64,000 bases of DNA from an uncultured Rhodospirillaceae bacterium (GTDB lineage: Bacteria > Pseudomonadota > Alphaproteobacteria > MPNO01 > UBA830): assembly GCA_963974055.1 (NCBI GenBank), contig CAXBCP010000001.1:191471-255470 (forward strand), written 5' to 3'. Position 1 is the stretch's first letter. Each line of letters starts with the position of its first letter. The notes below the pieces were generated by a model, which worked only from the letters and a program-made list of their open reading frames with translations, was not told the DNA's origin and did no database searches. Positions 37,754-46,353 of the stretch are shown here, piece by piece. A program made the position numbers and the translations under genes.

Positions 37754-38848
37754 TCAGCCGAGCCGACGTTTCAGGTCGGCGACGATGCGGCCGGCGGTCT
37801 GGCCGTCCCAGAGATCCGGGCGCACGCCGCTCGGCCATTTGCCGTCGAGAATCTCCCCGACGAATCCGGGCAGGTCTGGAATTTTCGCGAGCCGGTTCGT
37901 GCCCTCGGTAACGGTGATGGGCCGTTCGGTGTTGTCGCGCAGGGTGATGCACGGAATATCGAGATAGGTGGTTTCTTCCTGGATGCCGCCTGAATCGGTG
38001 ATCACCAGGGCGGCTTCCCGCACCAGCCCCATGAACCGGATGTAATTGATCGGCTCGGCGACATGCACCCCGGGCGAGGTCAGGAAATCGTCCAGCAATC
38101 CGTGGGTTTCCAGGTTCTTGCGGGTGCGCGGGTGCAGCGGAAACAACAGCGGAATCCGCGAGGCTGCGGTTTTCAGCGCCTCGACCAGGGGGGCGAGCGT
38201 TTCTTTGCGGTCCACGTTGCTCGGCCGGTGCAGCGTGACGATCCCGTATCCGTTTCGGTCGAGCCCGAATGCCTCGCGCGGGCTGTCTGCCTCGATCCGC
38301 GGGCGCATCAATTCGTATGAATCCATCATCACGTTGCCGACGCGCGTAATGCGTTCCTTGGCGACGCCTTCGTTCAGAAGGTTTTCGTCGCCGTCGGGCG
38401 ACGGCGTCCACAGGATGTCCGAGATGGAATCGGTCACCAGCCGGTTGATTTCTTCAGGCATTTCCCAGTCGCGGCTGCGCAGGCCGGCTTCGAGATGGGC
38501 GACCGTCAGGCACAGTTTTTTGGCCGCCAGCGTGCAGGCGATCGTGGAATTGACATCGCCGACCACGATCGTCGCATCGGGCGGCGTGTCCATCAGGATT
38601 TTTTCATAGGCGATCATGACGGCGCCGGTTTGCTGCGCATGGGTGCCGCTGCCGACTTCGAGATTGTAATCCGGCTTCGGCAGGCGCAGGTCCTCGAAAA
38701 AACTGTCCGACATGTTTGCGTCGTAATGCTGGCCGGTATGGATGATAACCGGTTCGCACCAATCTGCGGCCTTCATGGCATGGTAGACCGGCGCGATCTT
38801 CATGAAATTGGGGCGCGCGGCGGCGATAAGATGGAATGTTCGGGTCAT
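37754..38848 (-). CDS. wecB: UDP-N-acetylglucosamine 2-epimerase (non-hydrolysing)
   Basis: 364 aa: MTRTFHLIAAARPNFMKIAPV...HTGQHYD...DSGGIQEE, the conserved WecB/MnaA pattern. Confidence 0.85.
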   Translation of the reverse strand: MTRTFHLIAAARPNFMKIAPVYHAMKAADWCEPVIIHTGQHYDANMSDSFFEDLRLPKPDYNLEVGSGTHAQQTGAVMIAYEKILMDTPPDATIVVGDVNSTIACTLAAKKLCLTVAHLEAGLRSRDWEMPEEINRLVTDSISDILWTPSPDGDENLLNEGVAKERITRVGNVMMDSYELMRPRIEADSPREAFGLDRNGYGIVTLHRPSNVDRKETLAPLVEALKTAASRIPLLFPLHPRTRKNLETHGLLDDFLTSPGVHVAEPINYIRFMGLVREAALVITDSGGIQEETTYLDIPCITLRDNTERPITVTEGTNRLAKIPDLPGFVGEILDGKWPSGVRPDLWDGQTAGRIVADLKRRLG

Positions 38849-38985
38849 ACTGTATTCCGGCTGGGATCGGATGAGTGTTGGAATAGGTCAGAAAACCTCG
38901 TGACGCAACGTCCGACGTCCTGATAACTGGTCGGGCCGTATATAGTTGGACTTGCATCCAGTGAACTTGGGTAGGAGAAAAGGCC

Positions 38986-40683
38986 ATGAAAACTTTGCCT
39001 GATCTGTGGCGTACCGTAATGCCGTTCGCGGCAATGCTGTTTGCCGTCCTTGCCGTCATTTTTTTCGGATCAGGTACCTCGGCCGATATGAGGGTGAAGC
39101 TCAAGGATGGGCGCGTCCTGAATTTGCCGGTCACGCCCGACCAGATCGATTCCGTGACCTTCGGTTCCGGTCCAGCCGGGCCGGTCCCGGCAGAATCGGG
39201 CGCAATGCGCCGGAAACAGCCGGTCGGCCGGGCGGCGGCTCAGATCAAGGCAGACGAAAAAAGTATCCGGACATCGCGGGATGCCGAAAAGCGGGCACTG
39301 GACGCGGCGAAGGCAGCCGGCGCGGCAGCCGATACCGCCCGCGCCGCCGCCGCCCTGGCGGAACGGGAAGCGGCGGCCGCCACAGCGGCGCGGAAATCGG
39401 CGGAAGAGGCAGCGCGCGCCGGCCCCGCTGCAACCCCCGGCCCGGCATCGGCCTTGAATTCGTCGCCGCCGGTTCGCCGCAGTACCGGTAAGCCGGTCAG
39501 GGCGGCGGGGCGTGTCCTGAATATCGGCCCCGGAAAAAAGTACAAACGCCCCAGCGACGCGGCCGGCGCGGCGCAGGACGGAGACACGGTTGAAATCGCC
39601 GCCGGCACCTATAAGGGAGATGTCGCGCAATGGACCGCCAGCAACCTGACGATCCGCGGCGTCGGCGGCCGCGTGCACCTGGATGCGGATGGCCGGTGTC
39701 AGGCGGGCAAGGCAATATGGGTTATCAGCGGCAATGACACCGCAGTCGACAATATCGAGTTTTCGAATTGCCGTGTTCCCGACCGGACCGGTGCCGGCCT
39801 TCTCTTTGAAGGCCGCAATCTGGCGGTGCGCAACAGTTTCTTTCACGACAACGATATGGGGCTTGTGACCGGCAACCGGCAGAAAGGCGACGTGCTGGTC
39901 GAAGGGTCCGAATTCGCCCGCAACATGGCGCCGGATAAAAATGGGCTCGGCCACAATATCTATATCGGCCGCGAGCGCAGCTTTATCCTGCGCAACAGCT
40001 ATGTACACGGAGCGGTCCGGGGCCATGACATCAAATCGCGCGCCCGCGAAAACCGGATATTGTATAACCGCATCGTCGATGGGCCGGCCGGCGCGGCGGG
40101 TTACCTGGTCGATATTGCCGAAGGCGGCCGCGCCTGGCTGGTGGGTAATGTGTTTCACAAGAGCGCCCGGGCGGGCAACCGTCCCGTGGTCAGCTTCGCC
40201 GCGGAGCGGCGGGCCGCCGCCGACCGGATCGCGCTGATCAACAATACGCTCGCCAACGAATTCGACGGCGGCGTCTTTATACAGAACAGGGGTGGCGCGG
40301 CGGCCATACTGATCAACAATATTCTGGCCGGTCCCGTCGATCCCGCAACGGGCCCGGCCGAACTCCGTAACAATCTGATCGTCCGCAACAATCCGATGAT
40401 CCGTCCGCCAACGGCATCGGGCGGCCAGCCGGTAAAGGCATCGGCCGGGAAAGGCCCGCTGTCGGGGAATTTCATCGCGCCCGAGGCGGGTTTCACGAAC
40501 CCCGGTCAAATGGACTTTTCTCTGTCCCGCCGCTCGCCGGCGCGCAATACCGGTGCGGAACCGGGGCTGGTAAATCGGTGGCCGGCGCGCCCGTCCGCGC
40601 ACTATCTTCATCCGCGCCGCCAGGCGCCGCGGCCGAATGACGGCAGGATCGATATCGGCGCCTATGAATATTCGGCCCCGTAG
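38986..40683 (+). CDS. secreted/membrane-anchored right-handed parallel beta-helix protein with Ala-rich coiled linker
   Basis: AGGAGA SD before the ATG. An N-terminal TM/signal (MPFAAMLFAVLAVIFFGSG) is followed by an Ala/Glu-rich ~100 aa segment, then beta-helix coils (NIEFSNC, RNSFFHDN, RNSYVHG, NNTLANE, NNILAG, RNNLIVRNN). The terminal IDIGAYEY motif is common in this fold. Confidence 0.7.
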   Translation: MKTLPDLWRTVMPFAAMLFAVLAVIFFGSGTSADMRVKLKDGRVLNLPVTPDQIDSVTFGSGPAGPVPAESGAMRRKQPVGRAAAQIKADEKSIRTSRDAEKRALDAAKAAGAAADTARAAAALAEREAAAATAARKSAEEAARAGPAATPGPASALNSSPPVRRSTGKPVRAAGRVLNIGPGKKYKRPSDAAGAAQDGDTVEIAAGTYKGDVAQWTASNLTIRGVGGRVHLDADGRCQAGKAIWVISGNDTAVDNIEFSNCRVPDRTGAGLLFEGRNLAVRNSFFHDNDMGLVTGNRQKGDVLVEGSEFARNMAPDKNGLGHNIYIGRERSFILRNSYVHGAVRGHDIKSRARENRILYNRIVDGPAGAAGYLVDIAEGGRAWLVGNVFHKSARAGNRPVVSFAAERRAAADRIALINNTLANEFDGGVFIQNRGGAAAILINNILAGPVDPATGPAELRNNLIVRNNPMIRPPTASGGQPVKASAGKGPLSGNFIAPEAGFTNPGQMDFSLSRRSPARNTGAEPGLVNRWPARPSAHYLHPRRQAPRPNDGRIDIGAYEYSAP

Positions 40684-40686
40684 AAC

Positions 40687-41532
40687 CTAACTGCCGAGAG
40701 TGTCGACCCAGTCGATCGTCAGCGTCGCAACCTCGTCGCGCCAGGCGCGGCGGGAAAACGTGTGGTCGGCGGCAGGCATGTCGCGCCGGGTCAGCCGGTG
40801 GGCGGCGACGAGCCTGCGCCACCGCGGCGAGGCCTTTACGGCGTCGTCGAATTCCCGCGCCGTCAGATCGTTTCCGCTCATGATCAGCAGGACCGGCTGC
40901 GCGAATTTTTCGAGCCCGTCCGCCATCCGGTCCGCCAGGGGGTTTCTGGCGGCGGTATCGGCGCCGCTTTCCGCATGTGCGGCTTTCACTGTGCCCATCA
41001 ACGAACCCGCCGAGCCCGTCAGGTCGAACCGTCCGCGAAGAATCTTGCCCCATAGCGCCCGGCTGAAAATCCGGCTGAGGTAATAGTGGCGAAGCTGGGT
41101 TTTGGCATACCCGCTTTCGCTGCGGACCCAGGGATTCAGCAGCACCGATCCTGCGATGCGACGATCGGCATGGGCGTAGAACAGGATCGCGGACGCGGCA
41201 TCGCACAGCCCCCACAATACGATTTCCTGTATCTCCGGGAGCGCGGCGGTAAAAGCATCCGCCGCGGCGCGAATGTCGTCGTCGATGTTTTCGAATCCGG
41301 CGAACGTGCCGCCGCTGTCGCCGAGCCCGCGATAGTCAAACCGCATTGCCGCAATGCCGTTCTCCGCCAGGGCGCGTGCGAGCAGCAGGAACTGGCGATG
41401 GCTGCCGGTTCGGTATTGCGGGCCGCCGACGACGATCAGCACACCGCGTTTGGCGGGCCGGCCGGGCCGGTGCACGATACCGACAAGGTCGGCATCGCGG
41501 CATTTGAAGGAAACCGGTATTTCTTCGGTCAT
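40687..41532 (-). CDS. alpha/beta hydrolase (exosortase A system-associated hydrolase type)
   Basis: 281 aa from MTEEIPVSFKC. Nucleophile elbow GLCDAAS; HTF near the C-terminus. Its start overlaps the stop of the upstream hydrolase by 4 nt. Confidence 0.7.
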   Translation of the reverse strand: MTEEIPVSFKCRDADLVGIVHRPGRPAKRGVLIVVGGPQYRTGSHRQFLLLARALAENGIAAMRFDYRGLGDSGGTFAGFENIDDDIRAAADAFTAALPEIQEIVLWGLCDAASAILFYAHADRRIAGSVLLNPWVRSESGYAKTQLRHYYLSRIFSRALWGKILRGRFDLTGSAGSLMGTVKAAHAESGADTAARNPLADRMADGLEKFAQPVLLIMSGNDLTAREFDDAVKASPRWRRLVAAHRLTRRDMPAADHTFSRRAWRDEVATLTIDWVDTLGS

Positions 41533-42344
41533 AGCTGCTGCAACGCCTGAAGCGTCCGGTCGATCATCTCCGGCGCCGTGGTGGTTTCCTGAATCGTCCA
41601 GAACGGTTCGCCGGGGCACAGCCGGATATCGATACGGATACCGCTTTCGGTCCAGGCGTCGATGATACGCTGGCTTGCCGGCATGGGCCCGCGTTCCGCG
41701 TCGCCGGTCTCTATCCAGATGACGGTGCTGCCCGGCCGGGGCGTCATATCCGCCAGCCGCAACACATCCAGATCCGCTGCCAGATCGGGATGAATTTCAT
41801 ACCCGGCGACCTCGACGCTTTCGCCTGCCTGCCACATTGCGCGCAGGTCCCTGGTGGTTTCTTTCGCACCGCTGCCCGCCGGACCGCCCGTCAGGCCGGC
41901 GGCCATACGGATGCGCAGGAACTGGTTCAGCATTGTTTCGCCATTGCCCACCGGCTGCCACAGGATCAGCGGTTGGGCCCGGTTGAGGCTCGCGGCGAGT
42001 AGCGCGCCTGCCCGCAGCCCGAAGGAAACCGGCATCTGTCCGGTTTTCTCGGCCAGCCAGAGACCCGCTGAACGGGCGTCTTCCTGCCAGGTTTGCCAGC
42101 GGGCGTCGTAGAAATCGCCGCTGCTGTCGCCGGTGCCCGTCAGGTCGAGCGCCAGGACGCCGTAGCCTGCACCCGCCAGAGCACGCCCGGTCAGATAGGT
42201 CATCCGCCGCGACATGTTCATTTCTTCGGCAAAGGGCGGCAGCAACAGGACGCTGCCCCGGGCCTCATTCTGAGCGGGGTGGTACAGCGCGAACAGCCGT
42301 CGGTCGCCGATCTCGATAAACAGGGGTTGGGGCGCTGCGGTCAT
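41529..42344 (-). CDS. alpha/beta hydrolase (exosortase A system-associated hydrolase type), second paralog
   Basis: 271 aa: LLLPPFAEEMNMSRR...GTGDSSGDF... Minimal alpha/beta hydrolase fold. Co-oriented downstream of the ACP gene. Confidence 0.7.
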   Translation of the reverse strand: MTAAPQPLFIEIGDRRLFALYHPAQNEARGSVLLLPPFAEEMNMSRRMTYLTGRALAGAGYGVLALDLTGTGDSSGDFYDARWQTWQEDARSAGLWLAEKTGQMPVSFGLRAGALLAASLNRAQPLILWQPVGNGETMLNQFLRIRMAAGLTGGPAGSGAKETTRDLRAMWQAGESVEVAGYEIHPDLAADLDVLRLADMTPRPGSTVIWIETGDAERGPMPASQRIIDAWTESGIRIDIRLCPGEPFWTIQETTTAPEMIDRTLQALQQL

Positions 42345-42378
42345 GGTGCAACCGGTATTACCGTTTGCCGCGCAGATG

Positions 42379-42630
42379 TCACGCGGCCAGCTTCTGGTCC
42401 ACGAATTCGGTCAGGCTGCCGACGGATTCAAATGATTCGGCCGAAATTTCGTCGTCTTCGACGAATATATCGAATTGTTCTTCCAGCGCCGTGATCACCG
42501 TGACGACGGCCATCGAGTCGAGTTCGGCTATACTGCCGAGCAGCGGCGTGGATGCCGTGAAATTGTCGACCCTGTCTCCGAGTTGAAGGGTTTCCCCCAA
42601 CACCTGCTTCACGACGTCGATAGTTGCCAT
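42379..42630 (-). CDS. acyl carrier protein
   Basis: 83 aa. The phosphopantetheine attachment motif is LGSIAELDSMAVV (DSM variant of DSL). Four-helix ACP-like composition. Confidence 0.75.
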   Translation of the reverse strand: MATIDVVKQVLGETLQLGDRVDNFTASTPLLGSIAELDSMAVVTVITALEEQFDIFVEDDEISAESFESVGSLTEFVDQKLAA

Positions 42631-42753
42631 TACATTTGCCCCGTACGCATAAATTCATCATTTCAATCAGGTCTTTATATTCCACGCGCGGCGTCTGGAC
42701 AAAGACCAATCGTGGTATCCTTACCGTTATCGGAGCGATCATCGGGAACTTTC

Positions 42754-43461
42754 ATGCGCGTCATTCGTAAATTCAGGGGGTTGGCCGCCGAGTTCGGCTT
42801 TGGCAATGCAGTGCTCTACGTCTTCGGGCTGGCGCTGCGGGGGATATGCCCCGGTGCATCCGTTTATCGCTATTACATCGTTGCGCAGCCGGTGCCGGAC
42901 AAAAACCTGCTGCCGGCCCGGCGCGGCAAGGCGATTGCGGTCCGCGAGCTGAAACCCGGCGATCCGGCGTTTTCGGCCCTGCCGCTCGATCAGGACGTTC
43001 TGGCCTACCGCTTTGCCCAGAACGTGGTCTGTCTCGGCGCGTTCCAGAACGAAAAGCCGATCGGCTGTCTGTGGATGTGTTTCGATTCCTATGACGAAGA
43101 CGAAATCAGGTGCACTTTCCGCCTCGCTCCCGTCGGGCGTGTCTCCTGGGATTTCGACGTTTATCTGCACCCCGACGCGCGGCTCGGTTTTGCCTTTCTG
43201 CGGCTATGGGACGAAGCGAACGCGATTTTGCGCGACCGGGGTATCGCCTGGTCGCTCAGCCGTATTTCCGGCTTCAACCCGGGGTCGATGGCGTCCCATG
43301 CCCGCATGGGGGCGGTTCGCGTGGGAAGTCTGATTGCGCTGAAAGGCCCGAAAAGGCAGCTCGTCTGGAGCACTTATTCGCCCGTTTTCAGCTTCCGGCG
43401 GCTCGACGGAAACCTGCCTTCCTATACCGTTTCTCCGCCCGGGCATGCGGAGACGCGTTGA
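42754..43461 (+). CDS. GNAT-fold acyltransferase-like protein (candidate N-acyl amino acid synthase type)
   Basis: 235 aa from MRVIRKF. Size and position match the small acyltransferase found with ACP and ligase genes in exosortase loci. No strong motif was seen, so the assignment is tentative. Confidence 0.45.
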   Translation: MRVIRKFRGLAAEFGFGNAVLYVFGLALRGICPGASVYRYYIVAQPVPDKNLLPARRGKAIAVRELKPGDPAFSALPLDQDVLAYRFAQNVVCLGAFQNEKPIGCLWMCFDSYDEDEIRCTFRLAPVGRVSWDFDVYLHPDARLGFAFLRLWDEANAILRDRGIAWSLSRISGFNPGSMASHARMGAVRVGSLIALKGPKRQLVWSTYSPVFSFRRLDGNLPSYTVSPPGHAETR

Positions 43462-43519
43462 TCCTGCCGCCATTTCTGCTATTCCCTACGCTGAGTCCAC
43501 TGCGTAAACGGCGCTGCCG

Positions 43520-45091
43520 ATGCTGCTACATGAACTAATCCGAGATTCCGCCCGGCGGACGCCGTCGGCCGACGCGTTGCAGTTCCGCGACGACGTGTGG
43601 AGTTATGGCCGCCTGCACGACGAAGTTCAGCGCTTCGCCGGGTGTCTGGCGGGCCTGGGCGTCGCGCGGTCCGACCGGGTGGCGGTGTTTCTCGACAAAC
43701 GTTTCGAGACGGTCGTCGGCACGTTCGGTGCGGCGGCGGCAGGCGCCGTGTTCGTGCCGGTCAATCCGATCCTCAAGCCGGCCCAGGTCGGCCATATCCT
43801 GACCGACTGCAATGTCCGGGTACTGGTGACCTCTGCGGCGCGCCTGACCGCGCTGGTGGAAACGCTCGGCGACTGCCCCGATCTCCGACACGTTATTCTG
43901 ACCGACGGCACGCCGGCCGATCACAGGGTCGCAGGCGTGGCAATTCACGGCTGGGACGATCTGAATCCCGGCGGCGTGCCCCATGCGGTGATCGACGACG
44001 ATATGGTGTCGATCCTGTATACGTCCGGCAGCACCGGGCGGCCCAAGGGCGTGGTGCTGTCGCACCGGAACATGGTGGCCGGCGCGGTCAGCGTCAGCAC
44101 CTATCTGGAGAACGTACCCGAAGACCGGATTCTCTGTGTCCTGCCGTTCAGTTTCGACGCCGGCTACAGCCAGCTGACGACCGCGTTCCGCGTGGGTGCC
44201 TGCGCCGTGCTGATGAACTACCTGTTGCCCAACGACGTGGTAAAAACCGCGGCGGCGCAGCGCATAACCGGGATCGGCGGCGTGCCGCCGCTCTGGAACC
44301 AGCTCGCCGGGCTGACCTGGCCCGAAGACGCGGTTGCGACCATGCGCTATTTCACCAATACCGGCGGCCACATGCCGCGCGCGACCCTTGACCGTCTGCG
44401 CGGGTCCCTCGTCAACGCGAAACCCTATCTGATGTACGGGCTGACCGAAGCGTTCCGGTCGACCTATCTGCCCCCGGAAGAGGTCGACAACCGGCCGGAT
44501 TCCATGGGCAAGGCGATCCCCAATGCCGAAATCCAGGTCGTCAACGAAAAGGGCGAAATCTGCGGCGCCGACGAGCCCGGCGAACTGGTGCATCGCGGCG
44601 CGCTTGTCTCGCTCGGCTACTGGAACGACCCGGAGCGCACCGCCGAACGGTTCAAGCCCGCACCGGGCCAGTTATCGGGTCTGCCGATGACCGAGTTCGC
44701 GGTCTGGTCCGGCGATACCGTCCGCAAGGATGCCGACGGCTTCCTCTATTTCGTCGGCCGCCGCGACGAGATGATCAAAAGTTCCGGTTACCGGATCAGT
44801 CCGACCGAGCTCGAAGAGGTGGTTTATTCCTCCGGTGCGGTCAGCGAAGCGGTGGCGCTGGGGCTGCCGCATCCGATGATCGGCCAGGGCATCGTGATTG
44901 TGGCGACCCCGCCGCCGGACGGTGCGCTGGATGCCGAGGCCGTCCTGAAAGCCTGCCGCGCGGACCTGCCGCAATTCATGGTGCCGCATGCGGTTGTCGA
45001 ACGGGCCTCGCTCGACAGGAACCCCAACGGTAAGATTGACCGCAAGAAGCTGTCCGAAGAACTGGCCGGCTTTTTCGAGGAGGAAGTGTGA
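43520..45091 (+). CDS. AMP-dependent acyl-CoA/acyl-ACP ligase (adenylate-forming enzyme)
   Basis: AMP-binding signature ILYTSGSTGRPKGVVLSH. Also YGLTE and the C-terminal GDTVRKDADGFLYFVGRRDEMIKSSGYRISPTELE. Confidence 0.85.
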   Translation: MLLHELIRDSARRTPSADALQFRDDVWSYGRLHDEVQRFAGCLAGLGVARSDRVAVFLDKRFETVVGTFGAAAAGAVFVPVNPILKPAQVGHILTDCNVRVLVTSAARLTALVETLGDCPDLRHVILTDGTPADHRVAGVAIHGWDDLNPGGVPHAVIDDDMVSILYTSGSTGRPKGVVLSHRNMVAGAVSVSTYLENVPEDRILCVLPFSFDAGYSQLTTAFRVGACAVLMNYLLPNDVVKTAAAQRITGIGGVPPLWNQLAGLTWPEDAVATMRYFTNTGGHMPRATLDRLRGSLVNAKPYLMYGLTEAFRSTYLPPEEVDNRPDSMGKAIPNAEIQVVNEKGEICGADEPGELVHRGALVSLGYWNDPERTAERFKPAPGQLSGLPMTEFAVWSGDTVRKDADGFLYFVGRRDEMIKSSGYRISPTELEEVVYSSGAVSEAVALGLPHPMIGQGIVIVATPPPDGALDAEAVLKACRADLPQFMVPHAVVERASLDRNPNGKIDRKKLSEELAGFFEEEV

Positions 45092-46353
45092 GCGACGCTC
45101 CCGAAGCCAGGAAACGCGAAAAACCGAAACCGGTCACGGCGCCGATAGAACAGTTCCCGGTCGAGAACGGGGACCTTGTCATCGGCGGCGTGCCGTTATC
45201 CCGTCTGGCCCGTCAGATCGGGGCGACGCCGTTTTTCGCCTATGACCGCGATCTGATCTCGCAACGGATCGCCCATCTGCGCGAAATCCTGCCCGATGGC
45301 GTGAACCTGAATTTCGCGATGAAGGCGAACCCCATGCCGGCCGTCGTGCAGCATGCCGCGGGACTGGTCGACGGAATTGACGTCGCCTCCGCCCTCGAAA
45401 TGAACGTGGCGCTCGACACCACCATGCCGCGCCATCGCATCAGTTTCGCCGGGCCCGGCAAGACCGAGGCGGAGATCGCGCGCGCCGTAGCGGCGGGGAT
45501 CGTGCTCAATCTTGAATCCGCGAACGAAATGGAAATCGTTGCCCGCCACGCCGCGGAACAGGGTGTCGTGGCGCCGGTCGCCGTTCGGGTGAATCCGGAT
45601 TTCGAACTCAAGACGTCCGGCATGAGGATGAGCGGCGGGCCGAAGCAGTTCGGTGTCGATGCCGAATGCGTGCCCGACATGCTCCGGCGCATGGGCGAAC
45701 TGCCGACCCTGGAATTTCATGGCTTTCATATATTCAGCGGTTCGCAGAATCTGCGGGCGGAAGCGCTGATCGAAGCCCAGACGAACACGGTCGATCTTGC
45801 AATCGCGCTGGCGGCCGTTGCGCCCGGACCCGTAAGACACCTCAATATCGGCGGCGGGTTCGGCATCCCGTATTTCCCCGGCGACACGCCGCTCGACCTC
45901 ACGCCGGTTGCCGAGAATCTCGACGGATTGATGGCGCGGATCAAAACCGAGCTGGGCGATGTCCGCGTCGTTATCGAACTCGGACGCTATATCGTCGGCG
46001 AGGCCGGCATCTATGTCAGCCGGATCGTCGACCGCAAGGAATCGCGCGGAAAGGTATTCCTGATCACCGATGGCGGGCTGCATCATCAGCTCGCTGCATC
46101 GGGCAATTTCGGGCAGGTGATCCGGAAGAACTATCCCGTCGCGATCGGCAATCGCATGGACGAGCCGGCGACCGAAACCGCGGACATCGTCGGCTGTTTG
46201 TGCACGCCGCTCGATCTTCTCGGCGACAAGGTGGACATACCGGCGGCCGCGGTCGGCGACCTTGTGGTGCTGTTTCAGTCGGGCGCCTATGGGCTGACGG
46301 CCAGTCCCACGGCTTTTCTCAGCCATCCGGTGCCGCTCGAGGTGCTGGTTTGA
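45088..46353 (+). CDS. PLP-dependent decarboxylase, Orn/DAP/Arg decarboxylase fold-III family
   Basis: GTG start overlaps the ligase stop (GTGA). Motifs as in diaminopimelate decarboxylase: NFAMKANP with the PLP-lysine, GGGFGIPY, and the C-terminal CTPLD. Confidence 0.85.
   Translation: MSDAPEARKREKPKPVTAPIEQFPVENGDLVIGGVPLSRLARQIGATPFFAYDRDLISQRIAHLREILPDGVNLNFAMKANPMPAVVQHAAGLVDGIDVASALEMNVALDTTMPRHRISFAGPGKTEAEIARAVAAGIVLNLESANEMEIVARHAAEQGVVAPVAVRVNPDFELKTSGMRMSGGPKQFGVDAECVPDMLRRMGELPTLEFHGFHIFSGSQNLRAEALIEAQTNTVDLAIALAAVAPGPVRHLNIGGGFGIPYFPGDTPLDLTPVAENLDGLMARIKTELGDVRVVIELGRYIVGEAGIYVSRIVDRKESRGKVFLITDGGLHHQLAASGNFGQVIRKNYPVAIGNRMDEPATETADIVGCLCTPLDLLGDKVDIPAAAVGDLVVLFQSGAYGLTASPTAFLSHPVPLEVLV

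Noticed and set aside
39070-40611. 513-aa minus-strand ORF antisense to the second beta-helix gene
   Set aside because: Arg/Gly/Ala low complexity. The sense strand has a strong SD and coherent domain architecture.
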